From NCBI RefSeq assembly GCF_006345805.1, contig NC_043009.1, forward strand, positions 13,392,001 to 13,456,000: a stretch of DNA of 64,000 nt. The letters run 5' to 3'. The notes beneath the pieces are model-generated. The model was not told the DNA's origin and did no database searches. It worked only from the letters and a program-made list of their open reading frames with translations. Made by a program: the position numbers and the translations under genes. The DNA is from Octopus sinensis. Lineage: Eukaryota. Below are positions 55,290 through 64,000 of the stretch, piece by piece. The first letter of the stretch is position 1. Each line of letters starts with the position of its first letter.

Positions 55290-56000
55290 GGCAGTATTCC
55301 TTGTCTGATAGTCTTTAAATCGAGCCCAAATAAGTCGCACGACTCAACCGCAAGGTATCATCAACATATAGGAGCAGAAGACCTTGCATGGGTATGTTAG
55401 TGGAAAGCTCAAGGATGATGGTGACATTGATCGCCAAAGCAGCCTATCATGGACCAACAACCAGATTACTACCCACCACTTTGGAGGGTATGTGTTTGCA
55501 ATCCAAGAACAAGAAATATCAACCAGATACCTGACACACATTAAGGACAGAGATACAGGAAAAGCAGTAAAATGTGAAACCGATGCAGACTTTGTGGAAT
55601 TAACACCGAAGATATCACTCTCATCACAAGTAGTTATCCAAAACTGTCATCCCGGTATTATCTATCGATGAGACATTATGTCGTAGCTAGGACACTGTAT
55701 AACAAGATCCCTCGAACGGATAACCACGTGGACAAAGAAAAAAGAACCCACAGGATGGTGGAAGCCATAGCCATTAATAATAAAAAAGGTGTACTGGTGA
55801 GATGTCCCAGTGAAAACTTCAATAAAAGGTAAACAAAATAGACCTGACATTCTGATTTGGGATAGAGAAGAGAATCTGCGTACAGTTGTGGAAATTAGCT
55901 GCCCAGCGGATGTTAACAAAAAGCTGAAGATCAGTGAAAAAGAGAACACCTATGCCGAACTATTGAGAAATCTGTAGCTACTCTATCCAAATTACAAGTT
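55290..56000 (+). mobile_element. R4/Dong-type LINE C-terminal fragment with restriction-like endonuclease
   Basis: HGYVSGKL...YVFAIQEQEISTRY and NRPDILIWDREE...VVEISCPADVN...EKENTYAEL (PD-(D/E)xK RLE motif). Confidence 0.8.
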
Positions 56001-56029
56001 CTTAACACGTGGGGAGTTCGGCTTTTTAG

Positions 56030-56740
56030 TTCTCCTGATGTTTAAACGAGCAATGTGGAGTGGGTTTTACAGCTGCCGAACCGAAACGATGATGGTACCA
56101 GCGGAAAGTTTTCGGCTAGCTAGCAGGAGCACGTTACGAGAGCGATGGTAGCAACGCGGCGACTGACTTCTGACTGACTTCATACGCAGATGAAATTTTC
56201 GATAGCCTTCTGCGTAGTCGTATGGAATTTTTGCAAGTCCGAAGAAACTGTAGCAACTGGTAAATATAAGTTGTGCTGGTCTGGAACGGATGTTGTGAAC
56301 TCCATAATGTTATTCCTGATGTAGCAAGTTGGCCGCCCATCGGAGCCGAGAAAAGAATAATTATTTTATCATTTTACTATCAGCGAGGTTAGTTTCTGTG
56401 ACTTGTCGCATCCTTCGTAACAGTTGTAATGGTGAGCGGTCTCCTACATATTCGTCGTTAAATAGCTTGTGAAACTTCTCAGATGAGAGAGAAATTCGCC
56501 TTAAAATTTCATTCTCAATGGCAGAATACGTTGCATTTGCAGGCGGAGATGCGATTAGTTATTGAAGTTCGCCCGTCAGTGATGGAAGTAATGAGCTTAA
56601 TAACATATAAATTGTAGCTGCTGTGGAAGTGACTAATATATAAGTTGTTGCTGCTCTGAGTTTTGTTTATTGGCGGCAAAATATGCCTCCAGTTGTGCAA
56701 ACCAGATAGAAACGTCTCCTATGAAAATTGATACTACTGG
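56030..56740 (-). mobile_element. Gypsy LTR retrotransposon gag remnant (CsRn1-like)
   Basis: Minus-strand IWFAQLEAYF, VGDRSPLQLLRRMRQ and RWYHHRFG match CsRn1-type gag motifs WFAQ.E..F, LGDR.PSQLLR.M and the CWYH.RFG knuckle. Confidence 0.7.
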
Positions 56741-57230
56741 ATGGTCCATGGCAGCTATCATCGTTGACTGCGTCGCAGGAAATTGCGACATGAAGAAAAT
56801 TATTAACGAAAAGTGGTCTCATCACGTAGAGAGTCGCCAATTATGTACTGGACAGTTGATAGTTTGATGGAAAGATACAGATCGTTACTATTTGAGTTCT
56901 GGATGCGTGTGGCAAAGTAACAAACTTTATTGTGCAAGAGAAGGAAGAAATAAATCTACGATTTACTACAGAAGTATGAAATGTAAGATAAATAGAAATT
57001 AAAATGATGTGTACATGAAGAATAGGTTCTGGTATTTGGTAAGTAGGTTCAAGAGTCCGAAATAATCTCAATCGTATTATACGTCTTTGGCAAAATAAAA
57101 ACTAATGAGTATTTAGAAAATCTTCACCATTTCTTGGAACCAATTTAAGACCAAATAGTTTATAATGATAGTATATATATATATATATAAATGTGTGTGT
57201 GTGTGTGTGCGTGTGTGTTTGTGTGTGTAT

Positions 57231-57540
57231 GGAGGTGCAATGGCCTAGTGGTTAGGGCAGCGGACTCGCGGTCGTAGGATCGCAGTTTCGATTCTCAGAC
57301 CGGGCGCTGTGAGTGTTTATTGAGCGAAAACACCTAAAGCTCCACGAGGCTCCGGCAGGGGTGGTGGCTATTCCTGCTGTACTCTTTCGCCATAACTTTC
57401 TCTCACTCTTTCTTCTGTTGGCCTGCTCACTTAGCCAACAGGGTGGAGTCATTTGAAGGCTAACATAATACGAAGCGCATTGTGACCAGCGATGTGTAAC
57501 AACATCTGATAGCCCGGTCGGTCACGGTGATCACGATGAT
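57231..57540 (+). mobile_element. tRNA-derived SINE family D, tail type 2
   Basis: Head and body match 42265-42483; the 3' tail is unrelated to that copy. Confidence 0.85.
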
Positions 57541-58259
57541 ATATATATATATATATTCACTATTATAACATGGACATTAGAAAATATTCAATGGATATTG
57601 AAGCTTGCGCGCTAACATATTCAGTATATAAAAACAAAATATATTTAATCAATCAAATTTTACACCCTACTGTTTCTGTTTTGACTTATAATCAATTTTA
57701 ATTACCAAGTTCTTCCCCTTGCCTCAACAGAAGAGAAATGTCACTTACGCTAATGAATTTATCATCACATTATTAGTGCAATTTCGATTAATCAAACTTT
57801 TTTTTCTGTTCACTACACTAATTATATTAGCATGCACTTAACTAAGTATCTTCTTTATCCAAAGTAATTTGCTGGGAATCATATAATGTCAATATTTTAA
57901 TTTGTCCAATCAACATTTTAATTTGTATAATAAGTACTTGCTAAACCTCTGGCTATGAACACCTGCACCATATTAAACAGACTACGTTAAACTATCCGAT
58001 ACTCCTTTCACAAACTTTGATCAATGATTTTTTTTTATCCTTTTGTTTTCATTCTGTCATATATTTTCATCAAAACACAGTATTTCCCTTTTCTCTTAAA
58101 ACCATCTTTACTTTTCAGTACTTCATTACAACTTACATTATACGAAACAAAAACTAAATCCAGAAATATATTGTAGGTTCCTTGAACTATTCTAATTCTA
58201 GCCTTTTTACTTCTCCAAATTTTCTTTATATTATTTTTATTATCTCAAACAGTTATTCC

Positions 58260-59720
58260 TTTCCCAATCCAAAGGAGACATGTTATCTGTACATCGGAGT
58301 TCAAATATAGTGATGTCACTGTTAATACATCAGGACGAATGGGGATGAGAAAGAAGAAAGGTAGGCGTCCAGCATGTTCATCTTGTACTCGTATCTCAAA
58401 ATGGGACGTGCTTGACATATATCACCAGGACTGTCTAAAGTTTTAACTATGAGCAACTACTTGATTTTCTGTCCAGTAAATCAGTAAGAGATAGACCCCA
58501 CTACTATAAGTTCTATGGCCAAGAAGACCCCTAGAAAGAGATGGAACGGGTGGATCAGCGCTATATGGACCCCCCGAAATCAATGATCAGATTAAAAGAT
58601 CGCACATAGGTGCGAGTACTAAAATCATACTCAAGGGCCACATATTTAAGTTAATAACAAGATATACGACCAAGAGGAAGGTGCAGCTATTATTGTCACT
58701 ATTACTGGCGATGTGGTTATCTTATTTATGGTACGGTGGGATGGAAAATTCAAAGAGAAATTAGAAGAGAACTCCATAACCCTAACCATGTGCTCCCGCT
58801 ATGTGGATGATATCTACATAGTATCCAAAATACCCCTACATGACAATGTTAAGGATTTAGAAGCTAACACTATGGATAGCATTCAGGAAATAGCTAACTC
58901 CATCCACCAGTATTAACCTAACGATAGACTACCGTAACAAATACGCTAATTTGGCAATGCGAAATGAGCATCCCGAAATACACAATATATATGTATATAC
59001 GAGGGCCGATCAATAAGTATCTGGACTGTTGCCATAGTAAAGAAACTAAAGCACGCAGAGTAAAGACACAGAGTGACCTTAAACTCTGCTGTGCAGGCGT
59101 AATAGATCTTAAATATAGGTTACCGGTTTTAAACACGGAATTCTGTTTGGAAGCTAAGAACGGTAAGGTCCAGATCCTTCACTCCCATTATGACAAACCC
59201 ATGGCATTTAAGTACCTGGTTCACAAGAACACAGCTATTGCAGACAACACAAAGTGCAATAATCTTATAGGCGAGAGTGAAGAGGAATGTGTCTCGCATA
59301 TGCGTCCCTATAGAATTAGAAAGGCACATACAATACTCCATCCATCACATGCAGGCCTCTGGCTACAACCTAAGGGGAAGATTAGAGTGTACAAAGGAAC
59401 CAGGGCTAAGTACAAAGACATCATACAGAATGATTCAAATGAGATCTGCCCGCTATACAGGAGAAAATCCTGGAACATCACAGAAAAGACTATTAAAAAG
59501 ATAGATAAGGCCAACAGAAAATACAAAACATGACAACAAAAAATACCAGTGTCATGTTCATTGACGCTATCCCTGGCGGGGAACTGGCGTGAGTTCAAAG
59601 AAGAGAAAGGGTTGATTAGTAGCATAGAGGTTAAGATATTATCAACACATAGAACTGACACTACACTTTGACAGATCACAGAGGCTGCACACATAGCAAT
59701 AGATAGACAGAGCTTCAACG
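58260..59720 (+). mobile_element. Penelope-like element RT/thumb pseudogene
   Basis: LFMVRWDGKFKEKL...CSRYVDDIY (YxDD), RLPVLNTEF...ILHSHYDKPMA, MQASGY and VMFIDAIPGG are PLE RT and linker motifs. Frameshifted. Confidence 0.8.
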
Positions 59721-60089
59721 GAAAATACGAATGGAATAATAACACCCAACACAACACCACACAATATGACGACTAAAGATAGAAAGGGGAAAAGAACCGA
59801 TACAAACAGTATAATACATATACAACAGACAAATATGCATGTACCTATGATGAATATAAGATATGGAGATAAAAATACTGTATAATAGAAATGGGTACAG
59901 ACATCATAGTAAGCGAACCCATATATACACACACACAAACAGACAAATGTGTGACGAAAGACTTCCGGACAATGCATATGAGTTAGAATAAGAATAGAAA
60001 TAAACGAGGGAAGATCGAATATGGAGTGCGTTCGTTAATGTGGCAATGAAAAAATGACCATCGCGAAATACACAATTTATATATGTATA

Positions 60090-60795
60090 TACGAGGGCTG
60101 ATCAAAAAGTTTCTTGACTGTTGACATAGTAAAGAAACTAAAGCACACAGATTGACCTTAAACTCTGCTGTGCAGGCGTAACAGATTTTAACGTTCTAGC
60201 TCGTTTCCGCTGTTTTCAGCTGCGCTTGGAAGGAAGGTGCGTAGCATGTAATCATCGCATTGACCATGCCAGAGAAAGTTGTCATGGTGATACCTGCTCA
60301 GTGGTCAATGCAAAGCTGCAGAAAGTGTATGGAGAGGAGTGTTTGAGCCGCACACAAATGTTGCCGATATTTACGAACGTTCTGGGAGACCTGCAACCAA
60401 GAGAACTGAGAAAAACATTACAGATGTACGTGCAGCTGTGAGGGGTAATTGTTGTATCACCATGCGCAAATTAGTTACGGTTCAGTTTAGTCCATTATCA
60501 TTGAAAATTTGTGTATGAGACGCGTGTCTGCCAAATTTGTGCAAAAACTGGTTTCAGGTGACCAAAAGGTCACTTGGGTTTCAGTTGCACAAAAGCTCCT
60601 TGATTGTGTCGAGAACAATGAAAACGTTGCGTTGGCCTCTGAGCAGGTATCACCAAGCTTTTAGCAAAATTTGATGCAGATTCTTTGCTCAACTTTCTTT
60701 GTCGTTATCAGTACGACGATTACATGCTACACACCTCCCTTCCAAGTACTGCTGTAAACAACGGAAGTGAACTAAAACTTTGAAACTTAGTGTAC
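60090..60795 (+). mobile_element. Mariner 5' remnant (60090-60620) facing an inverted 5' fragment of the same family (60625-60795)
   Basis: TA|CGAGGGCTGATCAAAAAGT end, KLQKVYGEECLSRTQM. The minus-strand piece repeats EGRCVACN and encodes EQRICIKF. Confidence 0.7.
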
Positions 60796-60799
60796 ATTG

Positions 60800-61830
60800 C
60801 ACATACACAGCCGTCCACACACTTCTGCGATCGGTGTTACTGTGCTTGGATGCTATTGTGGCGAAGCTTTGATCTCGATGGTGAAAAGAGTCAACGGCAT
60901 CTATGACGGCATCATCACTGTGATACTGGCTACCATCCAAGTGTTTTCTCACGTTGGGGAATAGACAATGATCAGATGGGACGAAATCAAGTGAGTAGAA
61001 TGAGTGGTCATCCAATCCAAAAGGCCACAGTCATGCATAACATACATTGAAGCCAAGGTCTTTTGTGCTGGAGCATTGTGTTACTGAAGGTAGAGCTCGT
61101 CTGTCAGTTTCACAAGCTATTTAGTCTTCATAACCTTTTCTAGCTGGCCCAGCCACACGGCATAGCAATCTCTATTCATGATGTGGCCCTTTTGAAAAAC
61201 TGAGGACATCACTTTCTGTGCAGATGAAACGACCTTGGCTTTCTTTAGAGAGAGACATGTTGGTTGCAACGCATGAATTGTCTTTTATTCTCTAGCTCAG
61301 AGTGATGAACCCAACTCGCATCTTGGCTTAGGAAACATTCAAAGAAACGAGCTGGATCTGTCTCAATTTTTCTGTGATTTCCTCATCCTGTTGCACTTTT
61401 GATCAGGTATTAGATTTGGAACCCAGCGAAATATTCAAGCCAATTTCATTTTGCAGAATATTCTAAACTCTCTCACAGAATATGAAAATAAAATTGGCTA
61501 TTTGATTTATAGTCAATCGTTTGTCGTCCATCAACATGGAGTTAACAAGACCAGTGTTTTCTCCGGTGGTAGCAGTAGCAGGAGGTAAAGATCCTGGATA
61601 TCTTCAACACTTTCCGTTCACGGCTTAAATTCAGCTGCCCACTTTTGCCCAGCTTATAAAGCTGGTACGTCATCCCTTAATATACCAACTACGAATGTCA
61701 TTGGAGAAGGACTAAATTATTTTTTCTGCAGGTACTTGAGTCTTCTTTGAATAGTCACACGTCAGTTTACCTGAAACGAAAAAATGTAGTTGTTGATGAA
61801 ACGCGCTGAAATTAATGCATGCAAGGTACA
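60800..61830 (-). mobile_element. Second mariner remnant
   Basis: Minus-strand KWAAEFK...LMDDKRLTINQIA (HTH) and FYSLDFVPSDHCLFPNVRKHLDG (YSPDLAPSD motif). Confidence 0.75.
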
Positions 61831-61879
61831 TCTATATATATGACGGATCTCCACCAAGTATTCTGTCTATATATCTGTG

Positions 61880-62071
61880 CTCACCTTTCATTGCGTATAT
61901 GGCATAAGGTGTGCAAATCTAACGGAGGTCTCAAAAGACATTTTAAGATCCACAAAGACCAGAACTTAACTGCAGGTCTTGGTGGTCCTAAACAGATATC
62001 CAATCTACGTGGGTGTCTTCTCAATACATTGTCTGGTTTTAAAAGACCACTTCATAAGGAGTAGACGACTA

Positions 62072-62075
<4 letters not shown>
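61880..62075 (+). mobile_element. LINE 3' end with degenerate C2H2 finger (RTE-type), ending at (CA)n
   Basis: HKVCKSNGGLKRHFKIH followed by a second degenerate finger, a stop and a microsatellite. C-terminal fingers are known in RTE-type LINE ORFs. Confidence 0.5.
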
Positions 62076-62130
<55 letters not shown>

Positions 62131-64000
62131 GTTAAAGAAGAAGAATGGAGAGTTGTTAAGGATATAAAATTAATTTATTAACATACTGAACAATAAAGCA
62201 TACAACGTTCAAATTCAGTCCAATCGCAAAATCAAAGATTGGAATAAATCCAAAGATTAGAATAAAACAGAATTTTGAATAATATTGGGCAGAACCTCCT
62301 CAGAGCTAAAGTAATATAGAAAGAGTTACATGTCGAAGGATTGGAGTTTATCAATGGACTAAGGAAATTAAGAAACATATTTATCGTGTGTATGTATATG
62401 CTAATAAATTAAAAAGTAATATTTAAAAAAATAAAGTATAAGTGTAAAAGATAAAAATAACTCAATAATAATAAATATATAATATAAAGTAAAATAAAAA
62501 TAAAACCGTTATCTATGTAAATTTCCATTGATTTACATAATCATTGGTTCACTGCCTGTGTATTTATTATTATAAAATCTTATCGAATGAGCTTGATTTG
62601 TTTACGTGTGTAGTTTATTTTCAAGAAGATAGCCTTTAAAAATATGTATTATTTATATATCTGTATACATATTCCTGTTAACGTGTAGCGTATGTATATG
62701 TATTTGTTTGTATATCTGTTATATGTATGTGCGTATGTATGTGTGTGCATGAATATAAAAGTATTATTAGATATATGACATATTTTAAAATTTGTTAAAA
62801 AATCAAACAAAAATAATAACTAGTTTTAATATTTCCATAATATTAATGAAACTTAATCAAGATTATTCAAATTAAGAGTTATATTATTACTTGTAAATTC
62901 ATGATGCAGAGCGGGAAAACTTGCGTATTACGTGGCTTCCTAATATAGATTAGGTGTAGTACGTCATTAAATTATGTTTTATTAAAAGAACATTAAGATT
63001 ATTTATAAAGAAATTTATCTAATTATATAGTAATTAAAATGATTCATTATTTTAATTATTTCAATTTCAATTCTACAAATATTGTTGATTATACTGTTCT
63101 ACCGAATAGTAAATTACATATTATATATTATACGATGTAATGTTATTATAAGCTAATTTTACATAAAGGGATATAATTGTATTAATCATCATTATATTTG
63201 GGTATTTAATATATACAGTCTCTCTGTATTCAGAGGATAGATACTTAGGGGTGTATATACAAATAATTTATTATTTTTATATGTATGTATACACCTAAAA
63301 TTGTGTAGCGTATACATGTGTTTGTTTACGTATATCTATTATATGGACTAAACGAAAGACCGCCCTCTGGGCGGTTTTCTGCTAAACTCTTGATAATATT
63401 TTCAAATTTGATTCCGAATTCTAATAATTTTTATATTTGACGTTTAATTGTTTCTTTGTATAATAGCGCTAATTTGCTTAGTAAATATTGCTTGCATTAT
63501 TTTATCACAGTAAAAATCTCTCTTTTTTATACAAATATTTCTGTAGTCCAACAACAGAGGGAGAAGCAGTTTGTCAAGTTTTACCTTCCCCTCAAAGCAA
63601 TATAGAGATTTCAATTCAGCATCCCTTCTGTAAGCTTTGCAGTGTATGTGTGTGTGTGTGTATGTGTGTGTGAAAGAGAGAGAGAGAGAGAGAGAGAGAA
63701 AGAATATTGCAATGATGAGGGTGAGGTGTAAAAAGAAACTTGTCCTGTACTTTTCCAGTTTCTAATCTTAAGAATATTACTTTTCATGCTCACATTTTTC
63801 CATGTAATAACATATGGCTAATTATTCCTATAGGAAAACAGATAAAAAGTATCTTAAATCCATATGGATTTGAGTTTGACGTATGCGGTATCAAAAGACT
63901 CAGTAATCTTTCGGCTATCAAATGAATATGGTTTTTGCATAACTCTTTGTTACTACAAAGATAACCTCAGAAACGAGGTTGGGTCGCAAAATATTGAGAT

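Noticed and set aside
61819-62064. Host C2H2 zinc-finger gene
   Set aside because: A single degenerate finger lacking its first Cys pair, ending at a microsatellite among TE debris. It fits a LINE C-terminus better.

Overview
AT-rich, microsatellite-saturated eukaryotic DNA with no confidently identifiable intact protein-coding gene. Nearly all ORFs in the supplied track are translations of (TA)n, (TATC)n, (CA)n or trinucleotide repeats, or are transposon debris. The tRNA-derived SINE families and repeat landscape suggest a coleoid cephalopod (Octopus-like) genome; this is an inference. The window holds four SINE families, Helitron and Helentron-type elements, several mariner remnants, a hAT remnant, R4/Dong-, HERO-, RTE- and CR1-type LINE fragments, Penelope-like (PLE) fragments, a Gypsy gag remnant and several fold-back repeats. 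The outstanding feature is a very young non-coding element at 45813-47289: 2.1 direct copies plus one inverted copy of a 472-bp monomer, inserted in a (TA)n tract. Each monomer carries a type I hammerhead ribozyme (CUGAUGA...GAAA, GUC cleavage site, palindromic helix III). This is the architecture of a retrozyme or Penelope pseudo-LTR element, predicted to self-process into a 472-nt monomeric, possibly circular, RNA. Weak splice-signal clusters hint at a few small host exons.
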